Assembly: GCA_964016885.1 (NCBI GenBank)
Contig: OZ024757.1
Span: 16,616,001-16,680,000 of the forward strand
From: Eledone cirrhosa
Taxonomy: Eukaryota
Direction of reading: 5' to 3'
DNA length: 64,000 nt
The notes under the pieces were generated by a model. The model was not told the origin of the DNA and made no database searches. It worked only from the letters and a program-made list of their open reading frames with translations. Below are positions 1-14,439 of this stretch, piece by piece. The position numbers were made by a program, and so were the translations under genes. Numbering within the stretch: position 1 is the stretch's first letter; every line of letters begins with the position of its first letter.

Positions 1-235
1 TTGCTGTGTAGCTGTTGCCTGTACAGTTTGATATCTACTCTGTTTTACCCTCGTTGAGATGAAGGCCAACGCGGCCGGCTACTTCCTGGAGATATGTCAA
101 AAGTTGTTGCGCATTTTCTTGGCAATCTGCAAGAAGTGCAATGTCAACCCCTAAGTCAAGGTCAGTGAGATGTTTAGAGGGGTGTCTAGAGCTCATGCGG
201 GGATTGATGGTTATACCTTTATTATTGACTTTTTC
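1..235 (-). mobile_element. Degenerate RTE/RTEX-type LINE reverse transcriptase fragment
   Basis: Manual minus-strand translation KGITINPRMSSRHPSKHLTDLDLGVDIALLADCQENAQQLLTYLQEVAGRVGLHLNEGKTE* matches the RTE-type LTDLDFADDIALL...VGLxxNxxKT pattern; catalytic motif decayed, stop present. Confidence 0.75.
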
Positions 236-310
236 AATATATATAAAAGTTTAAACGATATATAAAAAATTGAGTATATAACTACTAGTATTATGTACAT
301 ATAAATAAAG

Positions 311-503
311 GGCGGTGGATTGGCAGTATTGGGAGAGGGTCGGACGCCATGCTTTGACGTATAGAGTTACGGCCCTTACCATTCTGAGTTCAAATCCCGC
401 TGAGGTTAACTTTGCCTTTCATCCTTACGGGGTGGGGTCGATAAAATAAAGTACCAGTAATGCACTGGGTAATTGCTGGCCTTGTGCCTAACGTAGAAAC
501 AAG
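311..503 (+). mobile_element. tRNA-derived SINE family 1 copy
   Basis: A-box-like TGGCAGTATTGG, B-box GAGTTCAAATCC; ~190 bp unit recurring about 10 times in window; flanking duplication TATGTACATATAAA. Confidence 0.85.
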
Positions 504-817
504 TATGTACATATAAACAGAACAATTAATATGTAAGTAAATATACTTACTTCAAGATGGTAACACAGCCTATAATTCCTTATACATATCTGTTTCACAA
601 AACCTATAGATGTTACTAATTAGTATCAATCACCAATTACCGATTGTGGTAATATGCATCTTAAGGCCAAGGTTTCCTTCATCAGTAAGGTAGGGTCTTC
701 TATATATAGATCTCACACTACGGAAAATTGCTAGTCATCTGCCCAGAGAAGACATTTGAAAGGTTCTCAACTTGGTGTTAAAATAACATTTAGCAGATGG
801 GAAGATATTATCGGACA

Positions 818-1421
818 GGCGGTGGATTGGCAGTATCGGTAGAGAGTCGGACGCCATGCTTTGACGCATAGAGTTACGGCCCTTGCCATTCTGAGTTCAA
901 ATCCCGCCGAGGTTAACTTTGCCTGTCATCCTTACGAGGTCGAAAAAGTAAAGTACCAGTAATGTACTGGGGTAATTGCTGGCCTTGTGCCAAATGTAGA
1001 AACAATTATTATTTTGTATAAGAGCGTTGGATTGGCAGTATCGGCAGAGGGTCGGACGCCATGCTTTGCACCATAGAGCTGCTCCTCTTTACGGTATGAG
1101 TTCAAATCTCGCTGAGGTTAACTTTGCCTTTCATCCTTACGGTGTCGATAAAGTAAAGTACCAGTAATGTACTGGGTAATTGCTGGCCTTGTGCCAAAAG
1201 TAGAAACAATTATTATTTTGTATAAGAGCGGTGGATTGGCAGTATCGGCAGAGGGTCGGACGCCATGCTTTGCACCATAGAGCTGCTCCTCTTTACGGTA
1301 TGAGTTCAAATCTCGCTGAAGTTAACTTTGCGTTTCATCCTTACGAGGTCGAAAAAGTAAAGTACCAGTAATGCATTGTGGTAATTGCTGGCCTTGTGCC
1401 AAAAGTAGAAACAATTATTAT
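818..1421 (+). mobile_element. Three head-to-tail SINE family 1 copies (818-1012, 1023-1216, 1227-1421)
   Basis: Same unit repeated at ~204 bp period with identical junction ATTATTATTTTGTATAAGA. Confidence 0.9.
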
Positions 1422-1632
1422 TTTCTACATATATACGGAGCCATTTTTAGCATTTCTCTCCTACGTTTCTGTGGAATGCTCAGTAAATTTCTTTATATTC
1501 CAAAATAGTTACTAAGACTACCTAAAGGTTTGTCTTGTTCTCTTTATTTTCGTTTTTTTTTTTTTTTTTTACTTTCTTGAACTACCTGTATTTTCATTAT
1601 CTATCCTTTGTGGTCCTGTCTCTATTTTGTAC

Positions 1633-1665
1633 TCCTGAAGAAAAGCTGAAAGCCCGACACGTCGA
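1633..1665 (+). ncRNA. Degenerate minimal hammerhead motif at a probable PLE 3' end
   Basis: tc-CTGAAGA-aaagctgaaagccc-GACAC-GTC-ga just before (TA)n; GAAA core mutated. Confidence 0.4.
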
Positions 1666-1668
1666 ACA

Positions 1669-1705
<37 letters not shown>

Positions 1706-1707
<2 letters not shown>

Positions 1708-1910
1708 AACCAGTAAGACCCCGACGGCTGAGCTCAAGCCGTTTCTGGACGGCTAATTCTGGACTATTTTTAGTCCAGAATTAGCCGGCGAAACGGTTTG
1801 AGCTCAGCCGTCGGGGCCTTACTGGTTCCTATTACCCACTCTACTACCCTAAGTATTGAGTACTTTGGTGCGTTATGGTCCACCTGGTTCCTTACCACAT
1901 TTCCTTCGTT
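1706..1910 (+). mobile_element. Family A fold-back mini-element in (TA)n
   Basis: ~60 bp inverted arms plus unpaired ~80 bp tail; TA runs on both sides; homologous copies at 9368, 37947, 59588, 60878, 61326. Confidence 0.85.
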
Positions 1911-1924
1911 ATATATATATATAT

Positions 1925-2095
1925 GAGGCTCGACACTCGACGGATGAACTCTGGAATTTGTTGTCGAAACGGCAAGAGCTCAGCCGTCAGGCACCAACTC
2001 TATGATATATTTACACTCTGCTATCCGAAGTATCGAGTCCTTCGCTGAATAATGGTCTCATTAGTTTAAAACTGGTATAACCCTGATCAATATCT
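1925..2095 (+). mobile_element. Diverged relative of family A (PLE-terminus-like)
   Basis: Shares GTCGAAACGGCnnGAGCTCAGCCGTC and the ACTC...TATCGAGT hairpin with family A; TA-flanked. Confidence 0.6.
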
Positions 2096-2098
2096 CTC

Positions 2099-2228
<130 letters not shown>

Positions 2229-2587
2229 GGTGTGTGTTGGTGTGTGAGAGGGTGAAAGAGGTATGTCTTATTTGCGAGTAGCTGTGTGTGCTTGTGTGCT
2301 GTGTGTTGTGTACTGTATCTATTGATCCAGAATTTTCAGTAATCCACTTATGGAGAGTAAGTGTTGAAATATTCATTTGTATCCAAACGACGCTTCGTAA
2401 AGCAGCCATTTCCCCCAAACATTTCGAAGAGAATAATACCTAAATATAGGATTAAATAGATTCCCTGAATAATGAATTACACCGAATTGTAATGTGTCTA
2501 TTACCTTTCTAACAATTGGTCTATATGGTAATATTTATATGTAATATACCATGTTTACATATGTTTATTATGTACACATATAATATG

Positions 2588-2678
<91 letters not shown>

Positions 2679-2707
2679 GTATATGTATGTATATATATAT
2701 ATATATA

Positions 2708-2763
<56 letters not shown>

Positions 2764-2784
2764 TATATATATATATGCATATAT

Positions 2785-2998
<214 letters not shown>

Positions 2999-3005
2999 CA
3001 TATAC

Positions 3006-3048
<43 letters not shown>

Positions 3049-3269
3049 TGCAAGTTACTGTCCAATGTACATTAAGTCTTAAAACCGCTATATATAGGTT
3101 GTTCGTGTTGGATTGGAAGCTAGCTCTATACCGCACACACACATACACTCATACACATACATACTCACACACAGTGGCTCACATACACACACACACACAT
3201 ACACTCACACACACTCATATATACATATATATATGTATATATACATGTATATATATATATATATATAAA

Positions 3270-3779
3270 TAGCACTTCAAAGGTCAATTACAAAAAGGAT
3301 AGTTGGCGTGATAGGCCTTGACTATTGGAGTCGATTAGAAAAGCTCAACCTTTATTCTCCCCAACGTTGCCGTGAGCGCTGCATTATCTGCATGATGTGG
3401 AAAATATTCCATCAGCATTGCCCAAATGATGTTGGCATCACCTTTAAGGTACACCCAAGGCTTGGGCTCCGTGCCATTCGCCCACGACAAAAATCTCACT
3501 CGCATCTCAAAACAACAATACGGTACAATTGTTTCACCTAAATTGGCCCCACTCTCTTTAACATTACACCAAAACATATTAAAACGGAAACAGACCCCAT
3601 AAAGTTCAATAGGTCTTTGGACAAATTCCTTCAAGAAATTCAGGATGAACCTCCTACACCCGGATATGCCTCTGTAAACAATAACTCTCTACTTGAGTGG
3701 GCCATGGTGTATAAATCCTGATTTGAAATACTTCGCCAGGTGGTGCCGAAACCTATCAAAGTTATAAAAGTTAAAGTTT
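3270..3779 (+). mobile_element. CR1/Crack-like LINE 3' end (pseudogenised ORF2 C-terminus)
   Basis: LDYWSRLEKLNLYSPQRCRER...* then LDKFLQEIQDEPPTPGY...NSLLEW: typical CR1-clade C-terminal motifs; internal stop at 3539-3541. Confidence 0.8.
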
Positions 3780-3788
3780 CACACACAC

Positions 3789-3933
<145 letters not shown>

Positions 3934-3955
3934 ACACACAACACACACATATATA

Positions 3956-4338
<383 letters not shown>

Positions 4339-4341
4339 TAT

Positions 4342-4417
4342 AACGTAGGAGTTGTGGTAAGGAAACAGATGGACCATAACGCACCAGAGTACTCAATACT
4401 TAGGGTAGAAGAGTGGG

Positions 4418-4421
<4 letters not shown>
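4342..4421 (-). mobile_element. Family A tail-only remnant
   Basis: Matches only the unpaired tail of family A; TA-flanked. Confidence 0.8.
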
Positions 4422-4495
<74 letters not shown>

Positions 4496-4606
4496 TATAT
4501 ATATGTGTGGGTGTTTGTTTGTGCGTGTATGTGTATGAATGTATGTGTGTATATATAACATAAATATGTTCAAGTAATATATATATATATATGAATGTAT
4601 ATATGA

Positions 4607-4847
<241 letters not shown>

Positions 4848-4984
4848 ATATATATTTTTTTATATATATATTTTTTTAAATAAGACTCCAGTTGCATTTT
4901 CGATTTCATCTTTTTTTCTTTATACTTTCACTCGTGTAGGACACCTCGGTTATTTTTCATTTTGTAAAAAAACCCTCACTTTCT

Positions 4985-5067
<83 letters not shown>

Positions 5068-5313
5068 TTGCATACGTATATAATGTATGTCATATTGAGG
5101 TAATAAACGAAACAAGTGAAGAAACTATAATAATAATAATAATTTCTTTACTATTTCCAATGGGGCTTTATCATAGATTCAAGTAAACGTGTTACAAAGG
5201 GGATGACAGCTCATGTATGGATGGTGCAATAGAGCTAAATAACAAGCAGACGTTACAAAATATACATTTGAACGTGTGTGTTTGTTTCTGTGTGTGTGGA
5301 CATATCAGGTGGA

Positions 5314-6390
5314 CTATATTTGTTTATATTTCGAAAATGAGGCTCTCATTATAAACACGAAGATGGCGACGAGACAAAACAATATGAAAACTGTAACTTC
5401 CTGTTTTAAAGCAATTAATGGAAGCTTCGAATTAATGAATCTTAAAATACTATCGGCTCCTCTCTCTATCTGTATCCGGTTGTTGTTCTCACAAGGTTTA
5501 GATTCCTGCAAAGGCAATGGATTGTTGTGACATGTCTGTGTCTGGTCGTTCTCACAACGGTTGGTTTTCGGAGAAGACAACGGATCTTTGTAACGCTGTT
5601 GTAAACGCATCAAGTACTCGCTGACAAAGTTTGGTGATTGACTAAAGACGGAATTCGTTGCATTTGCCTGTGACATAAAGGTTTCGTTATGGCTTTTGAA
5701 TAAATGTTTCTCGCGAGTATAAGGGCTGCCATGATCCTCTCCCATACCTATGTCTTTCCTGTTATTATTATCACATCTGGCTGCAGTCTGTCTTCCAGAT
5801 ATGTTCGCTTCGTGAAAATGGTAGTGCGAATTATTCACACACTGTTGTTGATGAGGATGATGATGGAGGGAGCGTTGGTAAAAATAGGGGTGGTTATGAT
5901 AATGACAAAGATGGGGAGGAAGAAGATAATGAGGATGATGATGAAATTGATGCTGGTGTTTTCCAAATACTTGACTGTGTGGGTAGTTAACACTTCTTTT
6001 ATCAGGCCTAACCTCCTCGGACATTTCTGAAGAAAAATTATGTCTATTTTCACAAAAACTTTTACTGTTATTATTATATTGCATCAAGCTTTCGCTGTTT
6101 CCCGGCATTCCAACCCATACCTTAGGTTTCAAATTCAAGCGATCGTTATCGGAATACCCAGCACTTAGACGTATTCGAACTGAATTTGCAATATCCACGT
6201 ACATATTTACTAACGGAGGTTCATCGTCCTTCTGAACACGCTTGAAATTATGTCTACGTTTCGAAAGATTCAAATCTGGCGTCAACGATGGTTGTGTATC
6301 ATCAGTTTGAATAACATCAACCACCATTGGCATATTCTCTTCCAAATTGTTGCTGCGACACTTCACTTTATCCGAAACATAAAAGTCCAT
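5314..6390 (-). CDS. Putative intronless orphan protein, 358 aa, His/Asn-rich with C-terminal hydrophobic segment
   Basis: ATG-initiated 1.07 kb ORF in unique, non-microsatellite sequence; C-terminal VTVFILFCLVAIFVFIM followed by RASFSKYKQI; no family recognised. Confidence 0.55.
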   Translation of the reverse strand: MDFYVSDKVKCRSNNLEENMPMVVDVIQTDDTQPSLTPDLNLSKRRHNFKRVQKDDEPPLVNMYVDIANSVRIRLSAGYSDNDRLNLKPKVWVGMPGNSESLMQYNNNSKSFCENRHNFSSEMSEEVRPDKRSVNYPHSQVFGKHQHQFHHHPHYLLPPHLCHYHNHPYFYQRSLHHHPHQQQCVNNSHYHFHEANISGRQTAARCDNNNRKDIGMGEDHGSPYTREKHLFKSHNETFMSQANATNSVFSQSPNFVSEYLMRLQQRYKDPLSSPKTNRCENDQTQTCHNNPLPLQESKPCENNNRIQIERGADSILRFINSKLPLIALKQEVTVFILFCLVAIFVFIMRASFSKYKQI

Positions 6391-7199
6391 TTTCTCCCTT
6401 GCTCTCTCTTTCTCTTTCTCTCTTCTCTGACAGATCTATCGGTTTTTTTGTCTTCGACGACGATGTCAGCCGCTTACTTAGTTCACACACTCCTTTTTCT
6501 TACTGTTGTTCTTTATATATATATATATATATATATATAAGACAAGGTGGATATATGTGTGTGTGTGTGTGTGAATGTCTTATGTATCCTGCACAACACA
6601 AGCAAGTCACCTAATATATCATTTTCTATAGTTTTGTTGAGGTGTCTTGTATTTTTTGCAATTTGACAACTCAGATAAATAAGACAATATTTTGACAATA
6701 TCAGCAAAATAGGAAAATATTTTGTCACGAAATTCTTTTCTCCGTTCTGTTTTGATTTTGATTTTATTTTTTAAAAATGACCACCAATACAGATTCTTTG
6801 AAACTAATCACACATATGCCGGCATACATAGACATATGTATATATGTAAATATATATATATGTATGTATATGTATATATATATATGTGTGTGTGCGACTG
6901 TGTGTGTGTGGGTGAGTATGTTTGGGTGTGGGTCCGCATATGTGTGTGTGTGTGTGTATCGGTGTGGGTGAGTTTGTATTTAAGTTAATACAAACACGTA
7001 GAGTTGTGCATTGAACGTATGTTTATAATGACAGTATGTATATATAAATATATGTATGTATGTTAGTATATTCGCAGTATGATACGATATATATATATAT
7101 ATGTATTTATGTAAGTCTATGTAGATTTATGCAATCACATATATATGTATGTATTACTATCCGTTAGTGTATATATACATGTGTACGTGTGTATATTAA

Positions 7200-7304
<105 letters not shown>

Positions 7305-7423
7305 TCATACATCTACATACACAGGTAACAACAACATCAATAACATCAACAGTAATTTTATGACAAAACAAAAGACAATTCTCTGACGTTACAATGAAAA
7401 TCAAAATGGAATCCAAGAGGAAA

Positions 7424-7644
<221 letters not shown>

Positions 7645-7695
7645 ATATATATATGTTGTGCGCATATATATATGTATATATGTATGTGTGTATAC

Positions 7696-7750
<55 letters not shown>

Positions 7751-7778
7751 TATATATATATATACATACACATATATA

Positions 7779-7814
<36 letters not shown>

Positions 7815-7816
<2 letters not shown>

Positions 7817-8270
7817 CATCTTATGTCCATCATAAAATCGATAGTTAAAGACATATCAGGTAGAATCTCAAGACGCTTAGTTAATCAGAAAACCTTCTCC
7901 CCAAGCGCTACATATTATAACGAAGTTTTAACTTGATAAGGATACCACCATAGAATAATGTTTAATCCCACATCTAAATTACCCAAAAATAGGATCCTTA
8001 CCCATAAATGTATATCTAAACCCAATAATTATAATTATAATATTGTTAATAAAACATCCACCTCAAGACAAATAAAAATTATAATATTATAATCAGTAGA
8101 AATAAGAACAAAAACCCTAAAATCTATAACTTCAATGAAGACATTAGGCATAGGAACCCACCTGAAAATCTTATGACAATAAATAATTCCACTAGCCACT
8201 TAAACAATAGGAAAGGAAATAGAAGGAAAATTGTATATGGTTTAACCCTCCTTATGGAGTACATACGTGG
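7815..8270 (+). mobile_element. Decayed Penelope-like element ORF fragment (thumb/linker region)
   Basis: [19 protein letters not shown]...YYNEVLT**GY, and downstream IWFNPPY at ~8235-8256, resemble PLE HPPxIIK...Y..AL..SGY and RKIIWFNPP motifs; starts at (TA)n. Confidence 0.55.
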
Positions 8271-8552
8271 TCGGGTCAATAATCTCTAATAATCGGTATG
8301 AAAAGAAAAAGCTAGAACATGTATAACGTCCCATATACCTAAGATATTCTTTAGTATGGTGGTGTGGGAAAACATCTTCCCTCGGAGGCATAAGTACTAT
8401 AGGATAATAAACCGAAATAACGTTAAACTATCTTTCTTGACCACACCTGACAGTATATGTAGCTAAGAATAATTATAAGAAAAAATAACGGAAAAACTGA
8501 CAGTTCCATCTCCTCATTTGTCTTTGTCTTGTGCAACTTTATTTTTTGATAC

Positions 8553-8680
8553 ATACCTATGTTGAAGAATAAACCTCATTTGGTCATTCCATGAGAGAAT
8601 CTTGATCAGCCTACGAAATTTTCAGCCGACTCGTATGTCAACATGAGTGGACCTGTTATTTTTATCTAAAGACATTTTCA
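8553..8680 (+). repeat. Dispersed repeat fragment (also ~9066-9102 and ~33172-33235)
   Basis: CCTCATTTGGTCATTCCATGAGAG and CCTGTTA..TTTATCTAAAGACATTT recur in window. Confidence 0.6.
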
Positions 8681-8688
8681 TAAATAGG

Positions 8689-8750
<62 letters not shown>

Positions 8751-9154
8751 TGAATGAAAAATAGAGCGAGAAACGGGACTGTCGCTGACAGTGGGAGTTG
8801 AGCTCTTCCGTTTCGGACACATTGCACCTGTCAAGGGTGTATTTTCAAACACATGTAGATCAAATAAATAATCTATTAACTATTGAACTTGGTGATCTAT
8901 TTTATTTGTTAATACATGATTATAAATCTGAGATGACCGGAAGTATACCAACTCGGTTTACCTCTGAAAAATACCTCTTGCTATTCTGGATAAACCATAT
9001 TCCAGCTTTAAATAAATATATGAACGCCTTTTTTACTGTTTAAGCAACTCATAGAATTGACTGTGACATGAATGGTCCTGTTACTTTTATCTAAAGACAT
9101 TTATTTCCAATTCGACCCCGCCCATCCTTACAATTTATCTTATTTCTCATTCTT

Positions 9155-9190
9155 TCTTCTGATGAAAGACTAGCGTCCGAAACGCTAAGA
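9155..9190 (+). ncRNA. Degenerate minimal hammerhead motif
   Basis: tctt-CTGATGA-aagactagcgtcc-GAAA-CG-CT-aaga; stem I tctt/aaga; U16.1 position mutated. Confidence 0.5.
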
Positions 9191-9283
9191 CCATCTTCCT
9201 TCTATTTCAAGCATTAACCTAATATATTCCTTCCATATATTGTACCGATTGTGTTGTTATTTCTGTTTACCTTTTACATAAAT

Positions 9284-9367
<84 letters not shown>

Positions 9368-9369
<2 letters not shown>

Positions 9370-9567
9370 CGAAGGAAAAGTGGTAAGGAACCAGGTGGAC
9401 CATAACGCACCAAAGTACTCAATACTTAGGGTAGTAGAGTGGGTAATAGGAACCAGTAAGACCCCGACGGCTGAGCTCAAGCCGTTTCGACGGCTAATTC
9501 TGGACTGATTCAGTCCAGAATTAGCCGACGAAACGGCTTGAGCTCAGCCGTCGGGGTCTTACTTGTT

Positions 9568-9569
<2 letters not shown>
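9368..9569 (-). mobile_element. Family A fold-back mini-element
   Basis: Tail plus inverted arms centred on GGACTGATTCAGTCC; TA-flanked. Confidence 0.85.
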
Positions 9570-9632
<63 letters not shown>

Positions 9633-9654
9633 ATGTATATATATATATGTATAT

Positions 9655-10185
9655 ATAAACGGAAAAAATGAAATGAAATGAAATTTCCCACTCTTAGTAC
9701 GGCTGTTACTTAAATATAAGTATGTATACGTACATACATATATGTATACAGACGTACAGTAGTATGCATACATATATATACATACATGCACACATATATA
9801 TATGTACGTATGGATTCACCGAACATTTATTATAATGCTCGGTGTGTTTGTAAACAAACATACCGTATTAAGCCGTAGTGTCCAGCAACTATCGTTGCTC
9901 GTTTGTTCAACACTGACAAAGGAACGCTGTACTAGTTTCAAGCTTATTAGCTATCGTCAGCAACGTATACCTTCCTGCCAGATTGTTGAACGTATATACT
10001 TACCTTATGCATATTAACGGCTGAGTAGCCCAATTTGCATATCGAGTGGGTTAATCGGCCGGGTGCACCGAATACGATAAACGGAAAAAATGAAACGAAA
10101 TTACATTTCCCACTCTTAGTACGGCTGTTACTTAAATATAAATATGTACACGTACATACATATATGTATACAGAAGTACATATAT
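9655..10185 (-). mobile_element. Partial-tandem non-coding element, ~420 bp unit with ~100 bp terminal direct repeat
   Basis: ATAAACGGAAAAAATGAAA...CCCACTCTTAGTACGGCTGTTACTTAAATATA at ~9655 and ~10077; diverged relative at ~39475-39760; strand inferred. Confidence 0.6.
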
Positions 10186-10406
10186 ATATGTGTGTGTGTG
10201 TGTATGTATATATATATGGGAGTTGTAAGGGGAGAGAGTAACACACGGAGAGACAGACAGATAGATCAAAATGAGTGACCAATATTCTAGAACATTGAAA
10301 CATTAACGAAAGAGACACTCCATTTAGTTATTGTAAGTTTTAATTTCTTGAGGAGAAAAGTGATCGTGATTTCGAAGTATCTTGCTTTGTCAGTCCACAC
10401 GCACGC

Positions 10407-11350
<944 letters not shown>

Positions 11351-11375
11351 TATATATATATATATTCGGGTATTG

Positions 11376-11414
<39 letters not shown>

Positions 11415-11696
11415 GTCTTATTCGGGAAACCTCTGGTAATGAGGTAATTATATTGTATTGTTTATTATACATTAAATTTAGCTCTGTAACTTACATAGAG
11501 CACTCTTCACTCCTATGACTTTTTCAATTTTCAACGGAAACTTCAATACTTATATATATATATATATGTGTGTATATATATATGTATATATTTATTTATT
11601 CATTCATTTATTTATATAACTGTGTATATTTGTATGTATGCATGTATATATATATACAGTATGTATGGATGCATATATATATATGTGTGTGTGTGT

Positions 11697-11862
<166 letters not shown>

Positions 11863-11873
11863 ATGTATATATA

Positions 11874-12205
11874 TGGTATCCAATGATGTTGACTTGTTCT
11901 TCTTTTTGGTAAATATCATCTTGGTTAAGAGAGTGGGACTGACTTTGTGCAGTGCCTTTGCTCACTATAAAAGCTTCACGGCACAGGCATTGCTTTAAAT
12001 CTGGAGATCTCTCTGCACTTGTCATCACATGGTACCATGGGCCCAGCACTATGTGTCAATAATTGTCACAGGTGTAGTGTTTGTACCAAAGTTTTCAAGT
12101 CGCTGGCTGGACTGAAAAGTCACACTCGTTTAGCGCATCAGTAGGGGTTCTCCTACATGGATATAAAGTAGTGGCCGTACTCGAAAACGAGTTGGCAGCC
12201 ACCAT
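11874..12205 (+). mobile_element. RTE LINE 3'-end fragment
   Basis: Encodes [23 protein letters not shown] (RTE C-terminal C2H2-like motif), then terminal stem-loop GTGGC..CTCGAAAACGAG..GCCAC. Confidence 0.75.
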
Positions 12206-12532
12206 GTATATATGTATGTATCTATATATGGATGTAAGTACGTATGAATACTAAAGAAAACTGTGAATCTTTAAAAAAATATTTACCTATTGTAAGTTGA
12301 TCCACAGCAAAGTAAATATACGTTCTGTGAAAGAGTTCTTCAGGCAAGCCACAATAATATTCAGTTATCATATTTGTAGTACACACGCACACATATATTT
12401 ATATGTATATATGCGTGGGAGCATATATGCGTGTGTATATATATATATATATGTAGTTATTTATATATATATGTGTGTGTATGTGTGTGTATGTATATAT
12501 ATATATGGATGTATATATATATATATATATAT

Positions 12533-12600
<68 letters not shown>

Positions 12601-12601
12601 A

Positions 12602-13163
12602 TGGTGGCTGCCAACTCGTTTTCGAGTACGGCCACTACTTTATATCCATGTAGGAGAACCCCTACCGATGCGCTGAACGAGTGTGACTTTTTAGTCCAGC
12701 CAGCGACTTGAAAACTCTGGTACAAACACTACACTTGTGACAATTATTGACACATAGTGCTTTACCTTTGGTACCATGTGACGACAAGTGCAGAGAGATC
12801 TCCAGATACAAAGCAATGCCTGTGCCATGAAGCTTTTATAGTGAGCAAAGGCACTGCACAAAGCCAGTCCCACTCTCTTAACCAAGATGATATTTACCAA
12901 AAAGAAGAACAAGTCAACATCATTGGATACCATCAGGGTTGCAGGTGTTATATCAGAGTTTTCCTTCTCCTAGAATTCTGCCTTGACAAAGGCTAAGGGG
13001 TCATCTCTCCCAGTGATTTTGGATGGCCATTGACTCTTAAGAGCTCCTTTGCCCTTTGACAGGTTTTGTTTTTAGTCCTGCAGGATGTCCAAAGTCACCC
13101 TCCTCACCAAGAAACCTTGGTGGGGTTGCCAGTTTAGTCGCCAACGACCCGACCATGAGACAG
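12602..13163 (-). mobile_element. Bipartite non-autonomous RTE element (5' UTR fused to 3' end)
   Basis: 12602-12933 is the reverse complement of 11874-12205; 12934-13163 contains CTAGGAGAAGGAAAACTCTGA, resembling the conserved RTE 5' UTR motif. Confidence 0.7.
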
Positions 13164-13164
13164 G

Positions 13165-13223
<59 letters not shown>

Positions 13224-13398
13224 ATATATATGTATGAATATATATATGTGTGTGTATGCATGTGTATGTATGTATATATATATGTATGAATATATATATA
13301 TGTGTGTGTGTGTGTGTATGCATGTGTATGTATATATATATATATATGTATGTATATATGTATGTATGTATGTATATGCATATGTATCTATGTATATG

Positions 13399-13549
<151 letters not shown>

Positions 13550-13755
13550 GTATATATATATATGTGTGTATATACATTTATGTACATATGTATGTATATG
13601 CATATATATATATGTGTGTATATATGTATGTATATATATAGGTATATATTTATATGTATGTATGTATATGTGTATATGTATATGTTTTTTTTTGTATAGC
13701 AAGAAATAAAGACAACTCATTAATGGTCTTCCATATGTATTTTGTTTTTCGTTAA

Positions 13756-13787
13756 GCTTCTTCTTCTTCTCCTTCTTCTTCTTCTTC

Positions 13788-13825
<38 letters not shown>

Positions 13826-14012
13826 ATTTTTCTTCTTCTTTTTCTTCTTTTTTTTCTTTTTCTTCTTCTTCTTCTTCTTCTTCTTCTTATTATTATTATT
13901 ATTATCATTATTATTATTATTATTATTATTTTTCTTCTTCTTCTTCTTCTTCTTCTTCTTCTTCTTCTTCTTCTTCTTCTTCTTCTTCTTCTTCTTCTTC
14001 TTCTTCTTCTTC
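13756..14012. repeat. Compound (CTT)n/(ATT)n microsatellite
   Basis: Direct reading. Confidence 0.95.
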
Positions 14013-14124
14013 TAGCTGCTGTTGATGCTAAGTAAACAGTAAATAGGTAGAAATAGAATAGACACGAAATTTGGGGTGTAATGCATAATATATAGGTCTG
14101 ATCTATATTGAGGGAAGTCAATAG

Positions 14125-14129
<5 letters not shown>

Positions 14130-14219
<90 letters not shown>

Positions 14220-14321
14220 TATGTGTGTGTGTGTGTGTATATCGCTTTTCTCTATTTTTTCCACTCTCCCTCCTTCTGTCCACACACTCACTCTCTCTCT
14301 CTCACACACAATGTATATATA

Positions 14322-14384
<63 letters not shown>

Positions 14385-14395
14385 TATGTGTGTGC

Positions 14396-14439
<44 letters not shown>

